Counted from the stretch's first letter, positions 24,424 to 37,450 are shown. The stretch: 64,000 nucleotides of DNA from Neophaeotheca triangularis (GCA_054600435.1 BAAIJX010000046.1:62001-126000), one strand, 5' to 3'. Notes: a model not told the origin generated them from the letters alone. Numbers and translations are program-made.

Positions 24424-26994
24424 ATGCCGGCGTCAGAGGGCGACAACAGGCCTAACCATGTTACGCCACTTTCACATGCTTGGAATTCGAGGCGGTATGA
24501 TCGACGGGAGCATGCAACGTCCCGGTCTGTTTTCCACACTAGTCCACCAGACATCTCACGTGCCCACACCTCTTCTTTTCTCACATATCCATGGACCGAC
24601 CCATCGTCGTCGCCCGAAGGTTATACGACTGCAGTCATAGACATCCCTTCTGGCGGCGGCGGCGACAGTCTCGAAGGTAACCACGAAGCTCCTCCACCCA
24701 CGGGCCTGCATGCCGACACTTTCGACTTCAGTGCCGTCCCCGGCTTCCACAACAGACTTCGATCTACCCAACGCCGACCCACCTCTGACGCTGCATTGAG
24801 CGAACCGTCTCGTGACAGCGGCCATCGCAGCCGCATGTCCATTAACCCATCCTTCGACTTCGCCGACACTCTGTTCTCGCCCTCTTCGCAAGACACACCG
24901 AATACCTCGCCCAGCATTGTCGAGACTCGGGAGGCGGCATTATCTGGTGATACGCGAAACGCAGCGCAACCAGCCGAGGAGATGGCCGGCAAGATGGAGG
25001 GACCGCTACCGGCAAACGATGGCATGGACGCTCTGCGACAGAAGATGCACGAGATCAGGCAGTTAGCGGTCTCGACAGAAGAGAAGGCTCAGAGAATGCA
25101 CTTCTTGATGACACGGGACTTTTTAGCCATGCAGGCTTCCAATGGCATTCCAGAACCAGATAAACTCGCCGTACCAGAGCCTAGCAAAACCGCACCCCCA
25201 ATCGACCCTGCCAATCCATTTAATTTACGTCTGCATGACTTGGAGCCCTCTTTCAGCCCCATACCCCTGACGGTGGACGAGGATGCCGAGGCAGATGAGA
25301 GCATGGATGAGGACAACAGACCGCCGATGCTTGGATGTGTACACTACACAAGGAACGTCAAGGTGCAGTGCTTCGACTGCCATCGGTGGTATCCCTGCCG
25401 ACATTGCCATGACTCCTCGCCGGATCTGCCCTTTGAACATGTCTTGAACAGGAAAAAGACGCAGCATATGCTTTGCATGCTCTGCCGGACTCCACAACCT
25501 GCTTCTGAGATATGTATCAACTGTGGAGAGTTCTCCGCATGGTACTACTGCCCCAAATGCAAGCTCTGGGACAATGACAGTAACAAAAGCATATATCACT
25601 GTGATGACTGTGGCATATGCAGGCGAGGCGAGGGGCTGGGCAAAGATTTTGTGCATTGCAAACGTTGCAATGTGTGCATATCCATTTCGACTGAATCGTC
25701 ACATCCATGCGTTGAAAGGGCTACAGAAGGCGACTGTCCACTATGCCTGCTCAACCTTTTCCATTCGGCAACCAACGTAGTCAGCATGCCTTGTGGCCAC
25801 TATATGCATTCGGCGTGCTACAAGGATCTGATGGCGGTTACTTATCGCTGCCCTGTCTGTAGCAAAAGCGCAGTCAACATGGAACTCCAATGGCGGAAAC
25901 TCGACGACGAAATCCGGGCCCAGCCAATGCCAGAGAGCGATGAGGAACTGAGCAATCTCCTCCCCCACATCGAAGCTCCTCCCACTGCTGAGCCTTCTAA
26001 CCCTCAAAACGATATCGTGGCTGCACCAGCGGTGCCTGCTCGTCCACGCACCGTCTGGGCGGGTTGCAATGACTGCGGTGGCCGTGAAGAGACCCCTTTC
26101 CACTGGCTTGGCCTCAAATGCCAAATATGCGGTGGCTACAATACGAACCAAGTCGCACCTATTGACGGGCGAGAGACCAAAGCCGAGCGCCTCATACGCC
26201 AGCAGCAGCACCAACATCACCGCCACCATGATTTCGCGGGCACGGCAGTCATGCGCGATGCAGGCATAGGTATGCCTGTTGCAGAAGAACGCGCCGACAG
26301 CGCCTATAGCGTACCGGCCAGTCCAGCGCAGATACCTGCCCCAGCGACAGCGCCGCACTCGCCAACGTCACCCGGACGCAGGTATTTCGTACAAGAAGAA
26401 GCACCAAGACGGCCCAGTTTCACCGCGAGCAACTTCCGCGCACCTAGTATGCCAAACTTACCGCATCTGCCTACGCTACGCGACTTGCCAAACCTACCCA
26501 ACCTCGAACACATGCGGGAGAATATGCGCCAGAACTTCCCCAACATGCCGAATATGCCGAATATGCCCAACATGCCGAATCTTGAACTTCCGCGATTTAA
26601 TCCTTACGAGATGGTGCAAGCTTTGAGCCGCAGTCTGAGTCCCATGCGGTACTACCTCGAAGGTCTGGATGTCAGGGACGAGGACATGTCGGAAGAGCGT
26701 TTGCGGCAACGATGGAGGGCCGCGGCGGACGTCAATCTTAGTCCTATGAGCGCGGCTAGTGCGCCTGCTGCCCCTGGGAGAGCTTTGGGTAATCCGTTTG
26801 AAGGGGTTGCGGATGATGATGAAGTGGAATCGCTTGTATTAGAGGATGAAGAGGAGGAGGAGAATGATGATGATGGCAGCAGTAGTGGCGAGGAAACTGA
26901 ATCCGATGCTGAGCCGGATGAAGATGAAATGGATCAGGACGACGAGAGACCTCGCAAACGAGGTTTTGACTTGGAGTTTTATGGGCACAGGTAG
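24424..26994 (+). CDS. CHY zinc finger / CTCHY / RING / zinc-ribbon protein (Pirh2/RCHY1-like E3 ligase)
   Basis: GCVHYTRNVKVQCFDCHRWYPCRHCHD, YYCPKCKLWD, YHCDDCGICRRG, CPLC...MPCGHYMHSAC...CPVC, CNDC...FHWLGLKCQICGGYNT, acidic tail. Confidence 0.9.
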   Translation: MPASEGDNRPNHVTPLSHAWNSRRYDRREHATSRSVFHTSPPDISRAHTSSFLTYPWTDPSSSPEGYTTAVIDIPSGGGGDSLEGNHEAPPPTGLHADTFDFSAVPGFHNRLRSTQRRPTSDAALSEPSRDSGHRSRMSINPSFDFADTLFSPSSQDTPNTSPSIVETREAALSGDTRNAAQPAEEMAGKMEGPLPANDGMDALRQKMHEIRQLAVSTEEKAQRMHFLMTRDFLAMQASNGIPEPDKLAVPEPSKTAPPIDPANPFNLRLHDLEPSFSPIPLTVDEDAEADESMDEDNRPPMLGCVHYTRNVKVQCFDCHRWYPCRHCHDSSPDLPFEHVLNRKKTQHMLCMLCRTPQPASEICINCGEFSAWYYCPKCKLWDNDSNKSIYHCDDCGICRRGEGLGKDFVHCKRCNVCISISTESSHPCVERATEGDCPLCLLNLFHSATNVVSMPCGHYMHSACYKDLMAVTYRCPVCSKSAVNMELQWRKLDDEIRAQPMPESDEELSNLLPHIEAPPTAEPSNPQNDIVAAPAVPARPRTVWAGCNDCGGREETPFHWLGLKCQICGGYNTNQVAPIDGRETKAERLIRQQQHQHHRHHDFAGTAVMRDAGIGMPVAEERADSAYSVPASPAQIPAPATAPHSPTSPGRRYFVQEEAPRRPSFTASNFRAPSMPNLPHLPTLRDLPNLPNLEHMRENMRQNFPNMPNMPNMPNMPNLELPRFNPYEMVQALSRSLSPMRYYLEGLDVRDEDMSEERLRQRWRAAADVNLSPMSAASAPAAPGRALGNPFEGVADDDEVESLVLEDEEEEENDDDGSSSGEETESDAEPDEDEMDQDDERPRKRGFDLEFYGHR

Positions 26995-27355
26995 GCGAGC
27001 ATTTGTCAGGCGTTGGGCATTTGGATGGATGGATGGATGCATGAGATTGGCATTGGGAAGGGTGCATTGTGTTAATAGATACCTGAGTTCGGAAATGTTT
27101 ATAACGGGAGATTCCAGATGTTGTTGTCCACCTTTCACTCCTTATCACGTGTACTAAGGCTGTCCTTTGTGCGCCAAAAAGGTGCTGGACCCTGATGATG
27201 TTACTTTTGTGGGCACCATGCGCATGCGTTACCCATTACAGCCGCAGGGTCTTGAGGGGCTAAAGCAGGAACAATCTTGTTCGAGTTCAACCCGTCCAAC
27301 ATCACCGCCTCTTTTCATCCTCTTCCTCGCTGCCATTGGTACAGTATACACAACC

Positions 27356-28601
27356 ATGGCATCCTCAACAGCTACAACAACGACGGCCTCGCCCCCAGAC
27401 TCCCGCCCAAACGCCGCCCGCACACTCACCCAAAAGACGGAAGCAGAGCAAGCGTCGCACTCGGTAGTCGAAACCGACGACCACGACCGCTTCTTCTGGA
27501 CATACACAGAAGAACCGCACCGCACGCGACGTCAGGCCATCATCAAAGCCCACCCGGAAGTGCTCAAGCTCTGCGGCCCCGAGCCATTGACGATACCGCT
27601 CGTTCTGGCCGTCGTCGGCTTGCAGATAGGATGCGCGTACTTGCTGCGGGACACGTCGATGCTGTCCTGGAAGTTCCTCTTGACGGCGTATGTGGTCGGA
27701 GCGACTGCGAATCAGAATTTATTCCTGGCTATTCATGAGATTTCGCACAATCTTGCGTTCAAATCGCCTCTGGCTAATAGGCTGTTTGCTGTGGTTGCGA
27801 ATTTGCCCATTGGCATTCCCTATTCGGCCTCGTTCAGGGTAGGATTGCTCTGCAGACCCCGTCAACGACAACTTGCAAAGTGCTAACACTCATTCACAAC
27901 AGCCGTACCACCTAACCCACCACAAATCTCTCGGCGTCGACGGCCTAGACACTGATCTGCCCACCGCCCTGGAAGCCCTCTTCCTCGACAGCATAGCGGG
28001 CAAAGCCTTCTTCTGCACTTTCCAGATTCTCTTCTACGCCCTGCGACCAATGATGGTGTACAAACTCCCCTTGACCAAGATCCATGCCTTCAACGTCGCC
28101 GTGCAATTGGCCTTTGACTACTTCCTCGTCACAAACTTCGGGGGCAAGAGCTTGGGATATTTCATCCTGTCATCTTTCCTAGCTGGCAGCTTGCACCCTT
28201 GCGCAGGACACTTCATCGCAGAACACTACGTCTTCTCGCAACACCAGCAGATGCGAGGCGAGAAGAGCAGCAAGGAAATCGAGGCCAAGAACGCGCCACC
28301 CCCTGAGACGTACTCCTACTACGGCGTCCTGAACCTCCTAACCTACAACGTCGGTCTGCACAACGAACACCACGACTTCCCAGCCGTGCCGTGGTCGAGA
28401 TTGTGGAAACTCAACGAGATCGCCAGGGAGTTCTACGAGGATCTGCCCTGCCATTACAGCTGGACCGGGGTGATTTGGCAATTCATACTCGATGCCGAGG
28501 TGGGGCTATGGTGCAGAGTCAAGAGGGCTGAGGGCGGGAGGAAAGTTGGGGCGGGCGAGAGCACGCATGCGCAGGTTGGTGGGGGGTTGAAAGTGAAATA
28601 A
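27356..28601 (+). CDS. des1: Sphingolipid delta-4 desaturase (dihydroceramide desaturase); exons 27356-27838, 27903-28601
   Basis: FFWTYTEEPHRTRRQAIIKAHPEV N-terminal motif; His boxes HEISH, HLTHH and HNEHHDFP. The intron joins SASFR-PYHLTHH. Confidence 0.93.
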
Positions 28602-29048
28602 GTAGGTCTGTAGATGCCTCTGGGTGAGGAATGGATACTTAAGCTTTCCATGGGCTTTTACCTACGACCCAATTCGCCGAAATGTGTGTGCTCTGATAAA
28701 GCCTGGCTGCCTCTTACCGACCGTTCTCTACGGCTGTTCCGTCTGGATGTCTGTCCACATTGGCGACTCTACTGTTAGCATCCCGCCCAAGGCGCTGCTG
28801 CTTTATTCCGACTTTTCATTCTTCGAGGTTCCCGGCGGAAGGTAGCATGGAAGTAGTACTGCATCATTAGTTCGACGGCGGCGTCCGTTTGCTAACTGGA
28901 GAGCACTGCGCAATGAAAACGCATTATAGGACGCGAGAGGCCAAGGAAGAAACCAGCACAGACGAGTGGCATACTGAAACCTATTTGCCTCGTCTTCTCG
29001 CTACTGCATTCACACAATAACTACATTGCTCATTACAGCCCTCAAATC

Positions 29049-31013
29049 TTATAACAGATACCTGTACTCCGGATTCATATCCCCCAACTCCGTCTTTTCC
29101 GTCTCCGTCATGCCGAGATCCGTAGGCATTTTATCGCGCTTCCTATTGGCAGTCCAGCACGCGAAACCATAAATGCAGCTGGAAAGGATGGCCAGGATCG
29201 TAAAAGCGATGCAGATGCTGTAGCCCGGGAGGTAGCCCGGGGCGTCGACCTCGCGGAATGCGAAAGTGGAGATGATGCCGCCGATGTTGCCTGCGTGGTT
29301 TTGTAGTGTTAGTGCTGATCGTGGCTGGGTGGGTTTGGGGTGGTTGAGGGGGTTTTTGCTGGGACTTACCGAAACCGACTTGCCACGCTGAGCCCACTGA
29401 GCGTCGGTGGTGGCCGCCGAGGTTCATGTTGAACCAGCAAACTATAATGGGCATGGCTGTATAGGTTCCCTGAAAACAAGTGCAGGTTAGGTCGGCTGAC
29501 TTCCGTTGACTGGGGCACTGGGAAATCCTTACCATCGTTACCAAGAACAGAGCCGCGTACTGGAGTTCCGTGTTTTCTTGTACGGAGATGAGGATGGCAA
29601 ATCCAGCGATTGCAATGCAGACACATCCGACCGCAAAAGCGAACCGATGCTTGAACCAGTCTGAGAAGGTGGCGACGATCATTGCCCAGCCAAAAGCAAC
29701 CACCCATGGTGGCACACTATGGAGCTGCGTCTGGATAGGGGAGTAACCGTATGTTTGGATAATACCCTGGGAGAGATACATCGATTAGTGGCTGCGCCCA
29801 GACGCTCGGCGACGATGAATATCTTACCGGAGCGAAGTAAGCATAGCTGTAAGCCGGTACTACGAGCCCAAAGTACATGAAGCCGGCAACGACGACCTTG
29901 TAGTCCTTGAAGACATTGCCGATGTCGCGGAGAGTTATCTTGCGCTCACGTGCGGAGCTGCCTTGATCGGCCCGGAGTCGAGCGGAGACGTAGTGGCGTT
30001 CTTCTGGCGACAGCCACTTGGACTCTTCAGGGAAATCAGGGAGCGTGAAGAAGAAGATGAAGGATACGAGGACAGTGAGACCGCCTTCGAGGATGAAGCT
30101 TGAGGTGTTTTTTTAGCCCATAGTTCGTCCGGTGGCTTTTGGGCTGTACTCACATCCACCTCCAACCAGCGTAGTTGTTGGGCCCAAGACCATCCATTTT
30201 GCCAATCGCAGCAGCTAGCAGTCCGCCAAAAGCTCCTGCGAGTGTCGTGCTGCTGAAGAAGAAAGTATAGCGCTTTTGCGCTTCGTGGCGGCGGTACCAC
30301 ATTCCTGTCGACGCCTTTAGTGCCTGCAATGGAACTTGCCGCTTTGAGGGTTCTTACCGATTAGGTAGAAGCAGCCGGGAAACATCCCAGCTTCGAAGAC
30401 ACCAAGGAAGAATCGAGTGGCCAACAGACCACCGTAGTTTTGGACTAAACCTTGCAGCAAGGTGACCAAACAAAAGAGAAACATATTGCAAGAGAGCCAG
30501 ACATGAGGCTTGAACTTTTTGAGTAGAATGTTGCTGGGAATCTGTAGCAGATCATCAGTGTCTCTTCGTCTCGTATCGAAGACGTCTAAAACACTGACCT
30601 CGAATAGAACGTACGGCACGAAAAAAATGACCAACGCGGTGTTGTATCTGTTATCGCGGTTCAGGTCTAGCTCCTCCCTCAAGCCAAAGATTCTTTGGGA
30701 TACCCGGTCAGTTTCAAAACACATCAGAGACCAAGGTAGTAGGTACCTACGCAGCATTGGCAATATTGACCCGGTCCAGGAAAGCCAGCAAGTAGAGGAT
30801 GCAGAGACATGGAATGATATGGAAATCTATCCTCGTCACCAGCTTGCGCTCTGTTGTGCTTGCCGGGCATTGTACAGGCAAGTCCTCGTCGTAACCCTGT
30901 TCAGTGGGATAGTCGAGGTCTTTGCTCTCGCCTGGGTAATTTTGAGGGTATTGCGCTTCTTGCAGGGAATCGGAGGGGGAAGTAGTGGCCTTATCTCGGC
31001 GGAGAAAGCCCAT
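29049..31013 (-). CDS. MFS transporter, anion:cation symporter (Dal5/Tna1-like) family; exons 31013-30751, 30692-30599, 30541-30358, 30304-30154, 30098-29828, 29766-29533, 29469-29369, 29290-29049
   Basis: ERKLVTRIDFHIIPCLCILYLLAFLDRVNIANA, FFVPYVLFEIPSN, RFFLGVFEAGMFPG, GMWYRRHEAQKR, GWRWIFILEG, FGNIGGII and C-terminal PEYRYLL. All seven introns are GT-AG and keep frame. Substrate cannot be determined from sequence. Confidence 0.9.
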
Positions 31014-32430
31014 GATGGCGGCGCGTAGTTGTGGATCTGGTGTGTAATTCTTGCCTCCACGCGCGCAGAAGGGATAGTGGAGGGGGCCCGATATTTTGTT
31101 GGAGGTGGTGTGTGAGGATCAGAAGGAGAAAGGGTTCGGAGCGGGAGAGGGTAAAGGAAAGGAAGCAACGGGACATACAGTATGTACATATCCGACGGCT
31201 CATCTGCCTGCAGAGAGACTACCCATCTACATACCTACCTACTACTACCTTACCCTGTCATCGACACGCAACAGAAGTGTTAAGGTACCTACCTAAGGCA
31301 GCTACCTACCTTAGCGTTTCTACCAGGTGCCCCGACGTCGGGAGCGAAGATCCACCGGTTTAAGAGTGATCTGTCCCCCGGGAATCTCTGCGAGTCATGG
31401 GTGCTTCATTTGTGCGGGGCAGTGTGTGGGAGGGGGTTTGTGCTTTACGGTGATGTGGGGAGGACATCTTCGCCGGCGGATAAGGTATAAGTGTAATAAA
31501 ATACAATACCTCCACATACCTGTAGATCCGCAAGTGCGCTGCACTACAATAACACAACACGTTGTCTTGTCTTCCTGAGATATGCCTGCACTTGTCAGAC
31601 GACATGAGAGTACGCGAGCTTGAATCGATCGGCTTGACACCCTTTGCCCATTGTCTGTCATGTAGATCGCCCTCGACATCTTGTTTCTAGGTACAACCGC
31701 ACATGGTTGTTGCTAGAAGCCTTCTCCACGCTCGCCAACACTTGGCCCTGCGCGCCCTACCACTTACCAAGCTCAACAAGGACACGTTTGGCGAAGAAGC
31801 ATGTCTAGCCTCGCAAGCTGGGCGCTTAGCCGCGGTTGTGCTGCTCTTGCATTGACGAAATCACAGACAGACGTATTCGAGGAGACTATTCAAGAGGCTG
31901 AGTAAGGTAGGCCATCTTCTGCTTGTACTTAACGGAGGTCGGCCGAGCGGACAGTAGCACCTGTGTCATTAAGCTGGCAGAGCTTGGACGGGGCAGCCTC
32001 TATACATCAAAGGTCTTACGCCGAACCATGTCAGTACTCAAGCCCGGAACAGTTGTGCCGCGCCATGTTTCACCACTTCAAGGGCGGCGCCGTGGACTCT
32101 TTCATATCTAAACCAAGCTTGAGGCAGGCATGTTCCGCATGCAGACCAACCGCATTTTCTCGTAGAAGTACAGCCCCGCTCGCAGAACGGTGTCGAGAAA
32201 TCTACATCGAGTGAACACCGCCTTGAGTCGCCATTCACCTGATGCATCGAACATACCACAGGCGTCTCGGTCCCTCTAGCGAGCGGGCAATGAGCACCTT
32301 CACATTGTCTACGCCTCATCGTTAGCCAAATAGATCTAGCCAAATTACGTACTCACTGGAAGCCTTGAGCTGACGAAACGTCATTCACAACGCCAGCAGA
32401 ACAATCATGTTGCCATCACCGCAGCTACGC

Positions 32431-33255
32431 CTACCACATGTAGATTCTACTCTCGGAGTAGACATCCGACATAGCCACAGCCAACACAGACGCCTAGCAA
32501 ACCAGTCAGCATTTGAATTTTACCAAGCTTTTGATATTGTCGAAACTCACCAACCCCAAATTCACGCCCTCCGCAACCCTCACCTCCCATATCGGCGGCG
32601 TGACCTGAAAAGAGCTCAAGAACCCACCCATGCCACCCGCAGGCATATTCGTACACTCAGCACGAAGAAAAGGCTCCCCAGCAGCCTCAACGCCATCGCC
32701 CTTTACAACTCTCGCCTCCTGCACCCTCTGCCAAACATCACTGCCCCTGATCCTCACAACTGTCTGCTCCACATTTCCCGCAACGTCCCTCGGTGCCCCG
32801 GGCAAAACAGCCTCGAGAGTCATGTGCGAATGATACCACTCATATCGAATAGTCATGACAACCTTGTCCTCGGCATCGAGAACCTCCCAAGCCTTCTTCT
32901 GGCTCATCCAATTCCGCCGTACATCGAAAAGCGGCGTGCCATCGCGGTCCTGGAAATTTCGTCTTTTCCCTTGCTTACCGGACTCGATTACGAACAGGGG
33001 CAGGCCATCGGCCGCGTTTTCCGTAATGGTGAAGCCCCGGCCGGACTTCTTGAACCAGCGGTACATTTTCTGCTCCACTTGCAGCGTGGTTGGGCCGGGG
33101 CGGACAAGATCTTCGCAGAAGGGGAAGCGGAGCTCGATGCTTGGAGCGATTGGAACTGGGCCTGCGGGTTGCGGGTTCATGAGCTGGTTTTCTGTTGATG
33201 GGGGCCCAACGAAGGTGTTGTCGGACTCGACTACAGGATTTTCCGCTTTCGACAT
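32431..33255 (-). CDS. LURP-one-related / Tubby C-terminal-like (scramblase-fold) protein; exons 33255-32551, 32493-32431
   Basis: SGRGFTIT...GLPLFVI, RRNFQDRDGTPLFDVRR, and WEVRVAEGVNLGL spliced to the hydrophobic terminal helix ASVLAVAMSD, which is the typical LOR/Tub_2 pattern. Confidence 0.7.
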
Positions 33256-33546
33256 GGCGGATTAGTGGTGTCTCGTTGTCTCGGGAGAGTCTACCTTTGT
33301 TGTTGTCAATTTTGTTTACTCGATATCAATGCTTGCGTGCGCGTGAGCTCGATCAATACTTACTTGTTTCTCTAAGACTAGCATTACGCTCTTGCCACAG
33401 CAAGTCAAAAGAAAGTCCGGAATTACACTCACAAAGACTTGACGGACGTGATGATTACTTAAAAAGGCCACCTAGGTAACTACCTTAATTACTTACATTC
33501 ACTTGGGCACCCTTAGTTCCCGTTGTGGACGGATGACCTGAGCAGG

Positions 33547-33582
33547 GCTGAGGCTGAGGCTGAGGCTGAGGCTGAGGCTGAG
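33547..33582. repeat. (GCTGAG)6 hexanucleotide repeat
   Basis: Six tandem GCTGAG units in the divergent intergenic region between the LURP-like gene and CRM1. Confidence 0.95.
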
Positions 33583-34141
33583 CTCGGCTGTCCGCTTGGC
33601 AACCGTCTCCCTCAGCATGGAAGTGGCAGCAGACAACACCCACTGCTTGACCATACCTTACTATACGAGACTCATACTTGCACTCCCACCTTCAAGAGAC
33701 CACATACGCTCCTTAGGAGTCTTCAGTGACCTGCCCACGCGCGTCACGTATCTTTGCTCCCACCTGTTTTTCCCCCCCCCAGTAAGTGAGCTTTTTGCAC
33801 GTGTTACTGTTGCTGCCTCAACATTACTGTATCGCGGGCATTTCTCCACTTCCGCCTGAACAACGCTCTCCCGCGCCGCCACACTAGACCACCAAACTCT
33901 TTCCCTCACCGACCTCACTCTGCACCACTTCCCACTATACCAGTCCCTTCCATTCACTTCTAGCCTTTTCGCTGACCTGCCTAGACATTGTCAGCAGCGG
34001 ACAGAGCCTTCTAACCCGCCGTCACCGCATGCAGAAAGGCTGAGGGCAGCTTCACACGGTCTGCGCGCGTCAAGCTCGGCTCGGTCTTCACCCAGACTGC
34101 TCGCGTTGCCAGACCCTCCACCCTACCACACTTCCGCCACC

Positions 34142-37100
34142 ATGTCGATGAGTATTGAAGAGCTCGATACTACTGTCCGCGCCTTCTACGAGGGTCGCGG
34201 CGACCAGCAGAAGCAGGCCCAAGCCACCCTCAACCAGTTCAAAGAGAACCCGGACGCCTGGTTGCTGGTGGATAAGATCCTTCAGGATGCACAATACCCT
34301 CAGACCAAGTACCTGGGTCTGCAGGTGCTGGACAATGTCATCATGACCCGGTGGAAGGTGTTGCCGCGCGATCAGTGCCAGGGCATCAGGAACTTCGTCG
34401 TCAACTTCATCATCCAAAACAGCAGCACACCCGAGAGCCTGAAGAACGAGCGCGCCCTGCTCAACAAGCTCAACCTCGTGCTTGTCAGCATCCTCAAGCA
34501 AGAGTGGCCCCACAACTGGCCGACCTTCATCAACGAGATAATATCCAGTTGCCGGAGCAGTCTGCCCATTTGCGAGAACAACATGGCTATCCTACGTCTG
34601 CTCTCCGAAGAGGTCTTTGACTTCTCCGCTGATCAGATGACATCCACAAAGACTCGCCAGCTCAAACAGAGTATGTGCGACGAATTCACCAGCATCTATA
34701 ACCTCTGCTCGGAGATTCTGCGCACCGCGGATCAAGTGAGCTTGATCAAAGCTACATTGGAGACTCTATTGCGCTTCCTGAACTGGATCCCCCTCGGTTA
34801 CATCTTTGAGACTCCCCCAAGCGGCCAGTCGCTCATCGAAACCCTGCGCAGCCGCTTCCTGGAGACACCCGAATTCCGCAACATCACCCTCAAATGCCTT
34901 ACCGAGATCGCTGGACTGCAGACTGAGCAGAACTTTGGGGACAAGCTCGTTTCCATGTTCACCGAGACCTTGTCCACCATCTCCAACATCATCCCGCTGC
35001 AACTCGACCTGAAGCACACATACGCATCCTCGAACAGCAGGGACCAGGAGTTTGTACAAAATCTCGCTTTGTTCCTCTGCAGCTTTTTCAGCAACCACCT
35101 TAGCGTCGTCGAGAACCTACCGAACAACCAGTACCTCCTCCATGGCCACTTTTACCTCATCCGCATATCGCAGATTGACGATCGCGAAATCTTCAAGATC
35201 TGTCTCGAGTACTGGACTAAGCTTGTGTGCGAGCTGTACGATGAGATGCAACAGCTCCCCATCACCGACATCAACCCTCTGGTCAACCTTGGCGTTGGAA
35301 TGCAAAACGGTGGTGCGCAAAATCCTCAAAACGTGGCCAACTACCCACTTCGCAAGCACAAGTACTCTGATGTTCTCACCAACTTGAGGCAGGTGATGAT
35401 TGAGAAGATGGTCAAGCCTGAGGAGGTGCTCGTTGTCGAGAACGACGAGGGCGAGATTGTGCGCGAGTTTGTTAAGGAATCCGACACCATCCAGCTCTAC
35501 AAAACCACCAGGGAGTGTCTCGTCTTCCTCACCCATCTCGATGTCATGGACACCGAGTCTATCATGTCCGAGAAGCTTCAGAGGCAAGTCGATGGATCCG
35601 AATGGAGCTGGGCCAACTGCAACACGCTGTGCTGGGCCATTGGTTCTATTTCCGGCGCCATGAACGAGGAGACTGAGAAGCGTTTCCTTGTCACCGTTAT
35701 TAAGGACCTGCTTGGCTTGACGGAAATGAAGCGCGGCAAGGACAACAAAGCTGTGGTGGCGTCGAACATAATGTACATCGTCGGCCAGTATCCACGCTTT
35801 TTGAAGGCTCATTGGAAGTTCCTCAAGACGGTCGTGAACAAGCTTTTCGAGTTCATGCACGAGACCCACGAGGGCGTTCAGGACATGGCTTGCGACACCT
35901 TCATCAAGATCGCGAACAAATGCAAGAGGCACTTTGTCATCCAGCAACCGGGCGAGAGCGGCGCTTTCATTGATGAGATTGTCAGCACTATGCGCAAAAT
36001 CACATGCGATCTCACCCCCCAACAAGTGCACACCTTCTACGAGGCGTGCGGTTACATGATCAGCGCTCAAGGTCAGAAGGGACCTCAGGAGCGTCTCATT
36101 GCTGAATTGATGAGCCTGCCGAACGCTGCTTGGGACCAAATCATCCAGATGGCCCATGTAGACCCCAACACTCTACAAGACCCGGAGACCATCAAGATCG
36201 TGGGCAACATCATGAAGACCAACGTTGCGGCTTGCAGCAGCATTGGAAGCTACTTTTACCCCCAAATTGGTCGTATCTACATGGACATGCTCACAATGTA
36301 CCGCGCCTCGTCGCAGCTCATCGACGAGTCTGTGCAAAGGGACGGCAACATTGCGACCAAAATGCCTAAAGTCAGAGGTTTGCGTACGATCAAGAAGGAA
36401 ATCCTTAAACTCATCACCACCTACGTTGACAAGGCCGACGATTTGGAGATGATTCACCAAACGCTTGTGCCGCAGCTGCTGGAAGCTATATTGCTCGACT
36501 ACAAAAGGAACGTGCCCGATGCGCGTGAGGCCGAGGTGTTGGGTGTGATCACCGTCCTCATTTCCAAGCTCCAGGTACGTTGGACGCGCCATACCAGCCC
36601 GCACTCGGTGCGCACCACACCAAAGATCATCGCTTACCCCAGATTGCTAACACGTTTTTAGGCTATGATGACCGAACAGGTCCCCGCCATTCTCGACAAC
36701 GTCTTCGAGTGCACACTCGACATGATCAACAAGGACTTCAGCGAGTACCCGGAGCACCGCGTGGAGTTTTTCAAGCTCCTTCGCGCTGTCAACCTTCGCT
36801 GTTTCCCGGCGCTTCTCAAGCTGGACCAGAAGCACTTCAAGCTCGTGATTGACTCTTGCATGTGGGCCAGCAAGCACGACAACCGCGCCGTTGAAGGTGA
36901 AGGACTGAACATGTGCATCGAGCTCATTTCGAACATGGCGGAGACGGACGCCTCGACCTGCGCTGCCTTCTTCAGCTCGTTCTACACAACCATCCTGCAA
37001 GACGTTTTCTTCGTGCTCACAGACTCCGACCACAAGGCTGGCTTCAAGTACCAGTCCATGCTGCTCGCCCGCATGTTCTGGCTGGTAGGTACGGACAAGA

Positions 37101-37450
37101 TTCAAGGACCCATTTACAGTCCCGACCAAGCCGCACAAGGCACCCCCAACAAACAGTTCCTCTCGAACTTCGTCGCGAACCTGCTGTCCAACGCCTTCCC
37201 GAACCTGCAAGCTGCACAGATCACCTCTTTCATCGCGAACCTCTTCGACAACACCGAGGACCTGCTGAAGTTCAAGCTTATTTTGCGTGACTTCTTGATT
37301 CAGCTCAAGGAGTTCGCGGGTGACAATGCCGAGCTCTTCCAAGAAGACCGCGAGCGTGCCGCCCAAGAAGCCAAGACGCAAGAACGCGAGCGCGCGATGA
37401 AGGTTGGCGGCCTGCTCAAGCCTTCCGAAATCGAGGACGACGACTTGTGA
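34142..37450 (+). CDS. crm1: Exportin-1 / CRM1 (Xpo1, KapK); exons 34142-36574, 36662-37450
   Basis: LNKLNLVLVSILKQEWPHNWP, LRLLSEEVFDF, LCWAIGSISGAM, KRGKDNKAVVASNIMYIVGQYPRFLKAHWKFLKTVVNKLFEFMHE, EYPEHRVEFF, GGLLKPSE. One canonical intron at 36575-36661. Confidence 0.97.
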
